Of a stretch of DNA of 64,000 bases, positions 35,202-50,263 are shown piece by piece. Made by a program: the position numbers and the translations under genes. Where the stretch lies: assembly GCA_020137815.1 (NCBI GenBank), contig CM035350.1:9858001-9922000 (forward strand). Reading direction: 5' to 3'. This DNA comes from Hormiphora californensis (Eukaryota; Animalia; Ctenophora). Position 1 is the stretch's first letter. Every line of letters starts with the position of its first letter. Under the pieces are notes generated by a model. It ran no database searches. It saw only the letters and a program-made list of their open reading frames with translations, and was not told the DNA's origin.

Positions 35202-36256
35202 AGGAGGGCTGTAGGGAGAAAGAGGTATTGGCCTCAAAGAAGGAAGTGTACACAAAATGTATAACGGTGCAGTACAGTACATGTGCTTGCTGTTAACACG
35301 CTAAGACGTGCACATGTATACACCCGCCTACACTAAATGCTGTTCCCTCCTACTAAATTTGAGGAGAGAGAGACAGAAAGTTGGCGTGAAGAAATTAGGT
35401 TTGGTCCGGTGGTGGTGGCTTCCCTCGTGTGAAGGGAAATTAGGTTGGGTGGCGCCCTAGTAATACATTGGTGGCTGCATGATTCGCTGCAGTAGGTTGT
35501 ATGTCTCTCTCTATCTCTCTCTCTATCTCCTCACTACGTGTGCGTGTACATTCTGTCAACAGTGTGTCACACGCCCCTACTAGCAAGAACTCTCTCCTTC
35601 CTTATTACATCTCTCTCTCCTAATGCGAGGAATCTAGTTTTCTTTCCCCACTCTATAGAATTCCTCTCAACTTCTCCAGCTGTGTGTGTCTCAGTTGACC
35701 CCTGTTACCATGACGTTACCATGACGAGCTAATACATGATAGCTCCCAACAGTTTGGAGCCTCCTCCGCATGTAGAGAGAGAGATATAGAAGTGGGAGTG
35801 AGCTAGAGATAGAGACTGAAGCTGGTGGTAGTTAGAGCAGGATTAAATGAGAAAGAAATGGGAAGAAAATCGTACCGATCAAAGAAGATTGAGCTAATGG
35901 CACTAGTAATTACGTTCGTTTACCGCTAATCGTACCCTGTCCTAAATTGTCTCTTCCTCCTTTTTATCAAAACACAGAATTCTCTATATTTTCTCTGGCT
36001 CGGTGTTATATAACGGATATGAAATTTCTCTTAACAGCTGTCAACAGCAGCAGCTCAGTCGCCTCTGTGACAAGAGAGATAATGATAATGATAATGATGG
36101 GGGGGCTGAAAACTCACATATTCTAGAGAACCTTTCTCGATTTTATCATGACGTTACCATTTCCTAATACAGAGTTACAATAATTTGAAGTGTGATTTTA
36201 ATGATCTAAATAGAGGAAAGTGCGGGGTGAGTAGAAATATATCAATATAATGTAAA

Positions 36257-36333
<77 letters not shown>

Positions 36334-37390
36334 TAGATAGATAGAGAGATAGAAAGATGGAGGGAGAGAGCCGCGTCAAAGGCGTGTCACACACACACTA
36401 TAGAGTGCTGCATAGCATGCTTTAGAGCTAAATATAATCGCTTTCACTCCAATCAGTTTCTCTTTTTTCTTCTTTTTTTCTCTCCACTTATCCCTGTATC
36501 TCTCTCCCTCTCTTTCTATTTATCTCGATTTCCCGATTCACATGAGATTGAATAAAAAATGATCTGAATATATCCCTCTACATGTACCGGAAACCCTTTA
36601 TCAAAAAACTTTCTTATTAAGTTATCCCACCCTCCTATCCAGGAACCTGGAACGGAATCTATACTGCACTGATTGCGAAATAGCCCCCCCCCCCCTGATA
36701 CAGAGAGGTGTGCAAGTAATGTTATAGCAGCACAGGTCTGCGTGCAGTACAACACTCCTGCAGTACTACACTGCAGCACACCTGCGTGCAGTTCAACACT
36801 GCGTGCAGTACTACATATTACCTGCTACTCCTCCTGGTACAGTACTTCATCACCTGAGTAGTATGTGTGTGTGTTAAGTGCAGTGTGCTTCGTGTAATAC
36901 AAAGGCAGGGGACAATAATTCTACCTCACTGCAGTGCAGTGTAGAATGAAGGAGGGGGTTAAATCAGGGCCGTGTGATCCAACTTTCCTCTGAAAGTCAC
37001 ACAAGTTGTTGTCACGATGCCAACTCACACCATCCCTACTTGTTGTATAATCGTTACCAGGGTTACCGCGTCACAACATCACCTGTTACCAAGTCACATC
37101 TGTTGTCATTTGGGAACGCTTTCAGCGAGCTTCTTAGCAAACCTGTGATTTTCGTAGCGGATTTATTATTCTGACAGTCAAATTGCGGTGAAAGATTTAT
37201 GGTGATATATAGCCCAGAACTTGCCCCGATCTGCTAACTGCAGTACAACTCTATGATTAGACAAATATCTAGGCTCATCACCACTCTGGCCTCATGCAAT
37301 CTTTTCATAGTGTAGTGGTTGTCTGCTGAGAGGTAAAAATAGACATCTCACTAAAACTTCGCCATGCGTGTACTATCTTTCTCTCTCTCC

Positions 37391-37431
<41 letters not shown>

Positions 37432-37795
37432 CCTCTCTTTCTTTTTATATATTTCTTTCTGGCAGTGTTTACTAAAATCTTTCTGTAATCATTTACTTCT
37501 GTCTTCCTCGCCGCGGTACTTAAAGAACTGCGCTTTATGAGGTAATCGAGGTAAGTTTGATGATTTTATTTCGTGAATCGTTAGGCCGGGAAATGGAAAG
37601 AAAGTGGAGATAATATCAAAGATTGTAATTAAGACAGGAAATGAAAAAGAGGATTAATTGGTTCAAATTGGTTGAACGTGACGATTATATTTCGTTCGTG
37701 ATTGTTAAACTAATATAAACGGCCAAAGAACATGGAAGAATTAGTTAAGAAGAGGAATTAATAGGGATGAACTATGAAGAAGAAAGAATATAAGC

Positions 37796-37842
<47 letters not shown>

Positions 37843-38178
37843 GACGTGGTACCCGCTTCCGGTTGTAAACACAACCACGAACGCTAAATTTGAGCGACGT
37901 CGCTATTTCGGTACGTGGACCTGCGAGAGAAAGAGAGATACATGGATGGAAGTAGAGGGAGAGAGAAAAGGAAAAAGATAAAAAAGAAGCACATCTGTTG
38001 AACAAAAAACTACTACATTACTGGATATATTTTAGGACACCACTACCAGTTCCAATTTATACATATCTACACATGCATCATATGTGTAGACGTGTGTCTG
38101 TATATTTACTGAGTACTGCGTGATAAATGTACAGAGATTGTGAGTGCGGCGAGTGATAAAGTGTGTATCCGGTGAGAT

Positions 38179-38275
<97 letters not shown>

Positions 38276-38572
38276 ACCAGTCGTTCTAGAGATATAAACA
38301 GACAACAGCGAGAGTGGTGGATTAGCTCTGTTCATGTTTGACGTGGGCACAAAGGATCTGCTAAGGTCTCCCAAAAAGGAATAGAAAGAGGGAAAAAAAG
38401 AGAGAGAGATAGAAAGAGATAGAGAGAGATAGATAGAGAGGGGAGAGAGCCCTGTTTATACCTGACTGATTAGACATTGGGATCCCTCCCATGGGAGCAC
38501 AGATTTCTTTGTCTGCTTGTAGTAATTAGAGCATGGGGTACACGTTGACTCAACTTCGTTGAGGGCAATGAG

Positions 38573-38603
<31 letters not shown>

Positions 38604-39807
38604 GAGAGAGAGTGTGTGTATGTGCGCAATTTTGTGCCAGCTTTCCTTCCGGAATAATATGCTTGTGTGTGTAACGTAATTGCCGTAGGTCAAGGAAGAA
38701 GAGAGAAACACTCACAAGGATAAAGGAGATAGATAGATAGAGAGAAAGAGATAGAGAGAAAGAGAAATCATAACAGAATAAAAAATAGGGAGAACACAAG
38801 AAATATATGTATATGCGAATAAGTTGGCCAAGAGCATCATTGTGTCTATAATAAACGATGAATTTACGCCAAATAAAATTCACTTTGTGCAACCTCATTC
38901 GAGGCGAAGTCACGTTCCATTTTGGAAGATGATGGTTTGAAGAAGGAGAATATTAAACTCAGATCTCTGTAAAACATTTATTGGGAAAACAGCTTTATCA
39001 TTTACCCTAGATATCAACGGTGGAGGCAAGCTGTGTGCGAGATGAATGTGTTATTGGTGGGATGGCAATTACTCCTTCATAAAACATACCATCACCACCA
39101 TTCATCATCGCAACACGTAGCTGAACTACCAAAATAACAAATTCCTGTATCACATGCGAACATCACACACAGACAGACATCTCTCTCTTCATTTCTCATC
39201 TCCCTCTCCTCTCACGGAGGAGCTACGGGGAGTAGTAATACCAGTCTTTTCAACACTAGTAGTAGAATTCGGAAAAAAGAAAAATATATTCTCTCGTCTC
39301 TTTAATTAGTATCCCTCTAAAAGATAGAGCTTTCTCACAACGACATTTAATTACGTACAATTAACAGTGATCTGACTAGATCGAGTACTTCTCAATAACG
39401 TACACACACCTTGAGAAAGGGGGCTAAAACCAAGAGAGGAAGACACGGACATGGAGCAGGTTAAGACAGGACACGTGGGGGTTTATATAGAGTCGCAGGG
39501 ATACAAACACATAAAAATATTCGGATAAAAACTGGGTTATCAAGATACACGCTCAGTGCGGTGCGTTTCTCATAAACAAAGAGTCCCTCTCTCAGATACA
39601 CATCGAGTGTCTCTCTACCTCTCTCTTTTTATATGATCCCGTGCAATAGTTTCTTGTACAACTTGAACTTCAAAGAACTTTATTTACAAAGCCGTACACA
39701 GGGAGGTGGACCACTCCGCCGGAGTCCACTCAACCAAGGTGGACCACTCCGCCGGAGTCCAATCCACCGGCCACGTGATTAACAATACAACAATCACAGT
39801 GGGTCTA

Positions 39808-42800
39808 CTAGTTAGCGGACCGTTTTAACCTATTTTTCAGTTCGGTGAAGCTCCAAAACCGAAGTCTTGACTCAGTCCGGGCCTTGGTAGTGGGTTCTTC
39901 CTGAAACACGTTTACAGTCTTGGAATGGTGTGGATAAAATAATATATGGTCTTTAGGAATTAGGTGGGTCTTTGGATGGGTCTTGGGGTGAGTCTTTAGG
40001 TGGGTCTTGGGGTGAGTCTTTAGGTGGGTCTTGGGGTGGGTCTTGGGTTGGGTCTTTGGGTGGGTCTTTAGGTGGGTCTTGGAGTGGGTCTTGGGGTGGG
40101 TCTTGGGGTTTAGATATCAAACGGTTTTCTAATACTTGGGATGGTTCTTTGGAACAAGATGTAACACTGCAATTATACACTCTCCCTCCCTTGAAACTTA
40201 CTGAAGCGATATGTCTGGTGTCATGAGTGATGGGGGATCGAGGTGGGGTGGGCTTGGCACTCGTGGCCAGTTCCTCCCGGGACCGGACCGCCAACTTTGG
40301 GGATGTTATACCCGCCCCGCCATTTTGTTGTGCTTGTGCTTGTTGCTGTTTCGGTACCCAGTCGTACATGTAGTCCAGCTGGTAGTTATAGTGCCGCAAA
40401 ACCTGTGGAAAGGATTGGGTAAAATGCTGCAGAATAAAGGGCCCTTAGTTTTAACTTTTTGTGCTAAGAAGAAGAAGTTAAGAACTACTTGAATTCCCGA
40501 TGTATACCACCCTGATAAAAAGGAAAGCTCCAAGTGGGTTGCGACAATAGCTACAATCTCGCATGCCCATATTAGGGCATAAAGTCGAGTTCTTTTGGTG
40601 CACCACATTGTGGGGGGAGTTGACACTTGACAGATCACGCGGTGAACCACTAGCACTGCTCAATTTACAATTTTATTAAGTTGTAATAATCTCTTGACGC
40701 GATGGTGGTTCCCAAGAAGATTTGATTACTTTAGAGAGGAATATGAGAGAGAGAGAGAGAGAGACATCGATCATGTGTAGGTTGAGCCGAGCCGTCAGCA
40801 CGGACTGTAAAATGCTAGGCGCTACAAGGGTACCTAGACCTCCCCTTGAGCGTGCTCGACAACCTACGGACTGGGGTTTCCTGAAGATGGAGAGAGAGAT
40901 GGAGAGAGAAAAAGATAGAGAGAACTGGACACTGGTTCTTATACGGACTACGGTCGATGGGAAATGGGATCACTGATCAGTTACGAACTTACTTCCCAAA
41001 AAAACTATTTCCACTCCCACGACTACTGCTTCAAACACCCCCACTTCCCCTCAAAACCTAGTCTCATCCCCTACAACAGAACTTCCTTCTCCTCCCCTTC
41101 CCCTCAAAACAAGGCTGGATCCAGTTGACAGGTTTGAATTGTAGGACACATACTCTCTCAGACAAAACTGACACCTTATACTGTCAGCATAAAGTAAGAT
41201 AGAGCAAATTGTAACCACAAGTCTACTACTAATACACGTACTGTCTTTTTTCTCTCGCCCACCGTCTACCTATCTATCTAATCTATATATCTATCTGGGA
41301 TCTATCTATCTTTCTATCTATCTATCTGTCTATCTATCTTTCTTTCTATCCTTGTACCTATCTATCTTTCTTAGATCTATCTATCATCTATCTATCTTTC
41401 TATCTATCTATCTATCCTTCTCTTTCCCTACCTGTCTAAGGAGATGGTGAAGGTAGATGTAATTCGGTGTTTCCTCAAACTTCAACTTCTTTACGTAGTT
41501 CATGTATGCTTCGTATTCTTGGGGTAGATCCTATGGGGGGAGAGAGGTTTTAGAACAAAACTTTAAAGGAGAGTATTAACTTGGGACCACACACGACAAT
41601 GGGCGATCCTTCTAGATATATTTAATAGAAAAACGGTATAGTTTATTGAGTTTTGAAATGGCAAAAAGCATTTAGCATTTAGCTTACTTAGCAATGATAT
41701 CTGAGCAAGAATTCAAGTTATTTAGCTTACCTTACACAACATCTGAGGGGTATACTGTTTTTTCTTCTCGCAAATCTTTTCGTATTTTTGTTTTTTGTTA
41801 TTCGCCCGGAGCCCTTGCCAGGGAAGGACGCCCCGTGAGAAGTAGAGCATCACATAACCCAATGATTCCAAATCGTCACGACGACTGAAAAATTGATGTG
41901 AGTAACTGATGGCTAGGGAAAATGTGTGGCAATATATTCGAGTTATTGATCAGTTCCGCTTATCATAAAAATAAGTCATGATAACGTCATAGTGTGACCT
42001 GCCCAAAAAACAATGAATTCCAATGGGTTATTTCGGGCGGTATAAATTATAGTAGTAACTAGTAAGGGGTATAAATTATAATATATTCTTGTTTCCCAGG
42101 TACGAGACTGAACTTTATGAGACAATAATAGTGGCAGCCCCACCCCTTCCTCATCCCCCCTCCCACAGTGACACTGCCTCTAGCTTACTATAGTGTAAAT
42201 TACACAGGGAAGGGAAGGGAGGGGATGCGCTCTGACGATAGTAGTGTAACACACACGTCTCTTGCACGTCATATCACACATGTATACACATTCAAAAGGG
42301 GATATATTAGTTGTGGTGACGGAGTAACATGACGAAGTAATATATGACGTCATCATAGAAGTTAGGATATTATTTGGTATCCTGTGCAGTAGACCTTGCA
42401 AACCCTTAACAAGAAACCAGACACTTTATTCTACAGCTGCAGTACCATATAAACGCATCTAGCTACATATCGTATTCATGCTAGGTAGTATGTATAACTG
42501 TTACAGAATCACATACACATTATTAGAACACATCATGAGAGTTAAAATTATCTGTACAGTTCACAGCTGCACATGATTGTACAATTTCCAATAATATTGG
42601 CCGGTACGAACTGACACACACACACACACACACAGAGAGTTTAGCAACAGAGCTGTTAGCCATGATGATGATGATGATTATTCTTAGAGGTGGAGTGAGA
42701 AACAGAGAGAGTGGGAAATAGTGAGAGAGAAAGAGATAAAGAGAGCAAGAGAGGGAAAGATTGCGTGAGAGAAAGAACAGAAATAGTGAGAGAGAGAGGG

Positions 42801-45674
42801 AGGTATTTCAAGCAATTACACATGTTTGTTCTGGGGGAGGCACGTGTGTTATTATGATCTTTATTTCGTTTTTGTTTTCTTCTCACACACACACACAATA
42901 AGAAACAACATCGACAATATAATTGTTTCACAGATCATGATGTTTTACATTCAATCGCTCGGGGTGAATCTAAATGCAGATTGACCCAACCAGTTGTGGT
43001 GCAGCAGTGGTTAGTAACCACTGGTTACCCCCCCCCCCCCAAACAGTTTACATGTATACAAAGGGGGCGAGACTAAATACCCAATTCACCCTGTCGGCCG
43101 CCGTGTGTGATCGGTAGCCCAGGGCACAAAGAACTTCCTTCCCCGTCCACACACACACACACACACACACATCAGACAACGTTCTCTCCCCCGGCTCCCC
43201 CCTAAATTAGAGAATTACAGGTGTATGTGTCGCCCCTGTTCCACTTTCTACATGATGCACCATTGCTGTGAACATCCCACAGCATGCACTGCAACATGGT
43301 GTGACTACCACATCCCAGAGATATTGGAGTTCCCACGAAAATGCTCCACCACCACCATCCCTAAAACAACAACACCACCCCTCTCCTACCTCTGTTCAAT
43401 TCCGATGTGGGCGTTTGTACTGGCGTAACGGGCTGTTCCTGTCAAGCTCTTTCCATCACGATAGGGAATGTGCGTCCGGTTTTTGCCCATGCGGTACTTT
43501 TTCGCTAGACCAAAGTCGATCAAATAGACCTGGAAAATGGGAGTGTGTGAAAAAGGGACAGATTTTGATTTCGGCGTGTTTAAAACTTCTGCTGAAGTTA
43601 GCTAGCAGTTAAAAAACAAAATCAGTGAGAAACACATGTAGTAAGCAGAAGTGCAGACCTAGAAGTTACTGTGGGTAGGAGGCGCTATAGAACATTGCAA
43701 TGTAGTTACTACACGCAAATATTTACCACCCGTACATACATTTCTCTCACTCACTTTATATTGACAGGTAAACCCTTCCTTTCTTTTACTACGACATACA
43801 CACGGACAATCCCATCAATATACGGACCAACACCTAGAAACCTAACATAAAGACAAACACCTAGAAACCTGACAGAAAGACAAACACCTAGAAACCTAAC
43901 AGAAAGACAAACACCTAGAAACCTGACAGAAAGACAAACACCTAGAAACCTGACAGAAAGACAAACACCTAGAAACCTGACAGAAAGACAAACACCTAGA
44001 AACCTGACAGAAAGACAAACACCTAGAAACCTAACAGAAAGACAAACACCTAGAAACCTAACAGAAAGACAAACACCTAGAAACCTAACAGAAAGACAAA
44101 CACCTAGAAACCTAACAGAAAGACAAACACCTAGAAACCTAACAGAAAGACAAACACCTAGAAACCTAACAGAAAGACAAACACCTAGAAACCTAACAGA
44201 AAGACAAACACCTAGAAACCTAACAGAAAGACAAACACCAAACACCTAAAAGAAACAAGATTCTCGTCCGATACAAACCAGACAGGGAAGTGTAATACAA
44301 ACCGACTGATTAAATATTGTGAACAAACAAACTTATCACGGGATGAAAACTAAGTTACCGAAACGAAAACAACCCCTCTGATATCCCTTGTACATTTCCA
44401 ACGAATTATATACTTTCCGGTGGGTGTGTATCGACATGGGGAAGGGGAATGGGCACCAGGGGGGTGGTTGAAAATTACCGTTTTCGCGTTTTTCTCGCGT
44501 CCCATCAGGAAGTTATCTGGTTTGATATCCCGGTGGATGTAACTCTTCCCGTGAATGTACTCAATCCTGGCTACCATCTGATCTGCCAACATAACCGTTG
44601 TCTTGATGCTGAGGAGGGAAATATATTAGATCTGGGATATATTTATTGAACTCGGAAAATGAAAAAGGGATGATGCTGTTGGATGAATGCCAAACAGCTG
44701 GTTGTTGGCGAGTAAAGAACAGTGGTTTAGCTTTCAAAGCCGTCACACAACCATTAGATCGTGATAATGTTGGCAAATGCCAAATATATATTTGATATAA
44801 TATTGGTTTATTACCTAAACTGACGACCACACAAGTTGAACAGCTCCTCAAGGCTGTGTCCAAGAAGTTCTATAATCATAACGTTATAGTTTCCCTCGTG
44901 TCCGTGCCATCGGATGATAGGTATTCCCTGAAAGAGGGTGGATTAATTTGGACCATCGGATGATCGGTATGGATTAATTTGGAGATGTTCCAGTTGATTT
45001 GAATGGTATGAATTGAGTGGGAGGAAGGAATGTTCTCAATGCTCTCAATGCTTGTGGGAAATTCACACAGAGAGATGCGGTGAGAGACAAAGCAGAGTTC
45101 ATAGTGTGCAAGGATAGGGAAAGGTAATTAGAAAAGGGAAAGGGAAACAAAAGGAAGGGAAATTTTGCAATTGTTACACAATCCAGAAGAGGGTTCACAG
45201 AGTTGCTTTTATACATTCCATCTCCCTCAAAGAGGGAGAAAGAGAAACCGAGATGAAAAAGAGGAAGATATAAAATTAAACTCGTTTGTGAGCGAAAGAG
45301 AAAGATGAAAATGAGATGAGAAGGTGATGGAATCATTCAAAACACAACATGTTCTCTACAGATCTCATTATACATTATTGTTATATATCGTACCTTGCCC
45401 GGTGATAGGACACGATACAGTCGAGATTCGAAGGAGAGTTGGGGATGTTTGGCATTCGAGGGCTCGAGTTTAGCTGCGAATTCCTGTAATGATAGGTTGT
45501 CAAGCAGGTTCTGCGTGTACACACGACTCTCTAGCGATAATATCTCTCTCATTTTACCTGGCCGGTTTTCAAATCTATAGCGAGGTATATTTCACCGAAA
45601 GAGCCGCTGCCTAGTTTTTTAACGAGGTTAAATCTGCCAGCTGCGATAAATGTATTTGCTTCTCGACCAGGCAT
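39808..45674 (-). CDS. Casein kinase 1 family kinase; exons 45558-45674, 45394-45483, 44815-44927, 44479-44608, 43390-43529, 41731-41884, 41432-41530, 40202-40402, 39808-39900
   Basis: [90 protein letters not shown]; phases consistent. Isoform (alpha vs delta/epsilon) not resolved. Confidence 0.93.
39958..40110. repeat. 12-bp G-rich intronic minisatellite (GGTGGGTCTTDR-like)
   Basis: About 12 degenerate copies in the last CK1 intron. Confidence 0.85.
43830..44245. repeat. 27-bp tandem repeat (~15 copies) in a CK1 intron
   Basis: Unit CACCTAGAAACCT(A/G)ACAGAAAGACAAA. Confidence 0.95.
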
Positions 45675-46730
45675 TCTGTGTGTGTGTGTGTGACTTCTTG
45701 TTCCGTTACCAGTTCATATCATTACGGGGGGCTAAGAAGGGACAATTGGTGTCATGACAGCATATCATAAACATGAAGTATAGGAAAATACAGCTTTCAT
45801 ATTGGAACACGATCCTGATCAGATCTCATTCATTAGCTTTCATATTTCAAAGAAAATAAAACTGAACAAAGAGAACTAAGCTGCTCAGTAATGCATTGAT
45901 ACTCTAGACATCCACAATGATTTCAAGCTGAATTAATTGTCTACAGTCGAAAATGACTCATTGGTAAAACAGGAAAGCAGTGACTTATTTCCTCATAAAG
46001 CAGTCATATGCATATAATAACAAGTACCGACGATGAATCTGATCATTGCAACCATTTGGTTAGTTTATTTGGTAGAGTGAAGAGCTACGACCAATTCTCA
46101 TGTTCATACATTTAAAACTGTGTGAGACTCACACAGTGTTATTGTATGAACACTGTGAGTCGAATAGTAAGCGTTCTGCAAGTACAATTTTGGAATCTAA
46201 ATATAACACACATGTGTCAGTTCCTCCCTCAAAAATATTCTTAGTCTGAAAAATATCTTCATCCATTCCCTCGGTGCGTAGGGTCCCCAACAGGGGTTCA
46301 CGCCCATGGCTGATGGCAACTGCTCTTATCAAATCAAATCAACCCATTCCCCCAATTTGTACCTTGGACGACGCTACGTCTTCCACTGAGTTCACACTTC
46401 ACAGTTCATTGTTCACTGTTCGTCGAATGCTCTACAGAAGAACGAATTGTGAAAGTAACTAAATGCGGCCTGAGCGGTGAGCCTGATTTGAGTCTTGTGA
46501 TATGATTCGATTCTACACTGGGTTAGCACAATGCAGAGAACACAGCTTATAAACCATTCGGGATCGTGTCTGACTATATCTGGGTGCAGATGTGCGCAAC
46601 CAAAAAAAAGACCATTTTGAGACTTTTTTCAAACTCAACCACATGGCTGTCGGGTTGGTGTAGGGGTTGCAATTATTTACACTTGGCTGCAGTCTCCTGT
46701 ATCAGTGGCCGTTAAAACGCACATTAGGGA

Positions 46731-47028
46731 ATAGGGATCCCTAAAAAAGTTCAGTATTTACACAGAGTTTACACAGTCTTTACTCAGTCGTTACACCCAG
46801 AGCGCCCGCGCCGCTCTGGGTGTAACGACTGCGTCTTTCGCACTCGATTTGCAGCGTTTTCGGAAACTTTTTTCGCCGCAGCGCTCAATTTTGTCAATTG
46901 TGCAGCACACAATCCAATATTTTCTTGGAAAAAGCCACTGTGCGCAGCACGCGCCGCTCTGGGTGTAACGACTGAGTAAAGACTGTGTAAACTCTGTGTA
47001 AATACTGAACTTTTTTAGGGATCCCTAT
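46731..47028. mobile_element. Foldback MITE with ~73-bp TIRs
   Basis: atagggatccctaaaaaagttcagtatttacacagagtttacacagtctttactcagtcgttacacccagagcg and its exact reverse complement; related end near 17078. Confidence 0.85.
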
Positions 47029-47264
47029 GCAGCGAATGTGTTCGGCGAATGTCAGAGTGAGATTTTTTGAATTTTAAGCCCTTGACTTTTTTGGTTCGGC
47101 GAACTTTTTGAAAATGCCGATAAACGCGCGTTGAAATGCCGTGTTGTATGTAATTTACAAGCGCGTTACGTTCGCGCGGGGTCGGGTCAGTCGCGCTTTT
47201 TCCAATTTCATAAATTTGAAAAATGAAATCTTCTCTTCATCAGGAAAACGTTAAAATCGGCCAG

Positions 47265-48450
47265 CGTTAAAATCTGGGTGTTTCGTGAGTGCTGACAAAC
47301 GGTTTTTTAGGGTTAGGGCTAAAGTGGGGTTAGGGTTAGGGCTGGGGTTTGGGTTGGGGTTAGGCCTTGACATTTCCTACCAGATAAACTTTGATTTAGC
47401 CAAAACGGTTGAGTGGTTTGGCGGTTAGAGCCATTTTAGTGAATCAACTTTTTTGGCAGCGCGCACCTGTAAACAGGCCACCAAACACCCAGATCGTAAC
47501 GGCGCCCGTTAAAATCTGGGTGCCTTTCATTGCTAACAATTCGTAGTTTTGGCGCGCGCGACGGGTTAGGGCTATCCGTTAGGGTCTGGTTAGGGTTTGG
47601 TTTGGGGTTACCGGTTAGGGCTATCGATTCTCTAACTGATACCGTTTAGTTTACACAAATCGGCCATGTGGTTCCATGGCTATAGCCGTTTGAAAAAAGT
47701 CGGTCTAAGTATACTCTTTTGGCAGCGCGCACCTGTAAACAGGTTGCAAGGCACCCATATTATAATCGCGCCCTCTTCATCATCTTCTCTTCATTTTTTT
47801 CTCAACTTTTTAAAAAAAGTTCCCTGTTCTGAAGTTTGTCACGTTGCTCCGGTCTCCGTCGACCACCAACATAAAGCGTTACCCAAAGTATTGTCCACTA
47901 AATCTAAGATGTATTCTGCTGACATCAAATGCTATTTTGCGCGTTTTGGACGCGTGGACAACGCTTTGGGCGGCGCTGTAAGGGCAGAGGGCTATCTGAT
48001 TGAGTGGTGTTCCATATCAAATGTATAATTAACAAATAATCTTTGAAATAGCGAAAAAGGTGGAGGTTAGAGCTATTTTAGTGCAAGGTTCTTAATTGGC
48101 AGCACACACATCATACGGCATACCTGTAAACCGGGTGCCACCATAATCGTAATTCGTAACGGTGCCGCCAACCTCCAACTGTGTTTAAAAAAATGGAATT
48201 TTTGGGGTTTTCTCTCTTCCGGTTTTCAATTGTCTAATCATACAGCAACAAATAATAAGGGCAAAATTAAATCTGGGTGCCTTCCATTGCTAACAATTCA
48301 TTGATTTTGGCGTTCGAAACGTATTAGGGCTACCCGTTAGGGTCTGGTTACGATTTGGTTTGGGATTTTCGTTTAGTACTATGTATTGATTTTCAATCAG
48401 ATACGGTTTAGTTTACTCAAATTGGTTATGTGGTTGCGTGGCTATAGCCG
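47265..48450. mobile_element. Cluster of ~240-260-bp IR-bounded elements with internal TTAGGG-like repeats
   Basis: Copies at 47265-47501 and 47507-47768 (cgttaaaatctgggtg ... caccca(g/t)at), partial copies to ~48450; another at ~17261. Confidence 0.7.
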
Positions 48451-48803
48451 CATGAATTCACTTTCGCGCAAAAACCGCCCGGAAATTCCAAAACTATTCT
48501 CACGCATGCTCAATGAGTACTTATTCCCGTATGAATCTATTGTTCTTAATGAAGTTTCGAAATTTAATCATCCGTCATGCCACCTGGCACCCTGGCATTG
48601 TGTCATCCCCTAAATTGTTTCAAGATCAAGTTACATATACTGGATAGTTCTTATCACGCTCTCTCTATTCCTCTACATTTCTATCTATCTCGGTGGGAGG
48701 AGTCTTCTTCGTGTATCATGCACTGTCCGCTCCTGACTGCATTGTAGTGCCTTCTAAGGCACCCTGGTACTCATTCCATGATAATGATTGTATCTAACTG
48801 CAA

Positions 48804-48848
<45 letters not shown>

Positions 48849-49780
48849 TCTCAGTTCTCACTATCTCTCTCTGTTAATAGTAATGACTGTCAGAACTGTG
48901 CAATGAGTCTCATTACATCAGCTCTACGTTGCTAATCCGAGCCTCTAATTGTGTGTCTACATCTGTAAAGCATTGTTTACCGTCCCATTGTATCACAACC
49001 TCATAACAACACACTCTCTGTAGCTAGCTAGAGGGAGGAAGAGAGAGCGCTCAACAACTCCATCATGCCTGAAAAGGAATTTCAGTCAAAGGTAAGAGAT
49101 ATTGTAAGGTGTGTTTGTACCGCACTAGTTTGGGGGAACTAAAAATAAGTGTTTGTTGTAGATGTACATGTGTTAGTTCACGCAGCTGTGTATCCACTGT
49201 TTGTATGAGAACAGTGTGGAACTGTGGCGGAACACTCTGTGTGTATCGCACAACAGTAGATAATTAGATTGAGTCAGATCTCAAAAGCGGAAGTTTCAAT
49301 TTTAGTCTGTTGTGTACACTCTCTCTCTCCTTCTCTCACCCTCTCTCCTTCTCTCGTAACAATGTGAACTACACTGTATCATCTAATACTCACTGACCAC
49401 TGTACTAATGGTTGTCTCGGTGCGAAGAGTACATGTTCAGGCAGCCTGACAAACTAATGGGTACTCACTGTGAAGGTAGACTGCGAGTCTCCAATCTTTA
49501 GTAGACCAACTGACATCTTGGCGGTGTACCCCCTTTCCCTCTCTTCCAATTTATGTTTTCCCTCGCGCTCTCCAATACACTTTCTTCACCTCAATGTCTC
49601 TACTAAACTATCAATTCTTCCGATCCTCTTCATCTCTCCATCACTGGATCATGTCACACTACATGAGGTGTGTAACCCGTTTATGTAAAGCTTGTTTCAA
49701 ATGCAAGCCGACCACTACACATAACACACCCACTCTCTTCTCTATCTCTCTCCCTCTCTAATTCTCCTCCTCTCTCTTCT

Positions 49781-49903
<123 letters not shown>

Positions 49904-50173
49904 TTACATCTCTCTCCCTCTCTCTTCTTTTCTATCATTAAATGCAGACAGCACTGGCTTGAAAGACTCGCCGAAAGTGAGAAAGAGAAAGAATGGCCTG
50001 GCCTGGTAGTGTGTTTTAATCACTTTCGCATTATTATCCAATTTCCGCATGAGCAACAATGACGCATACATGCTAGTGCATCTAGACAGCCATAACATAA
50101 TATGCGTATCTAGGAGCATAACCACCATTATAGGATATATAGTGAAGAGAGCTGCCAAGACACAATAAAACAA

Positions 50174-50263
<90 letters not shown>

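Noticed and set aside
47305-47625. True telomere or chromosome fusion scar
   Set aside because: TTAGGG copies are few, degenerate and internal to a dispersed repeat.
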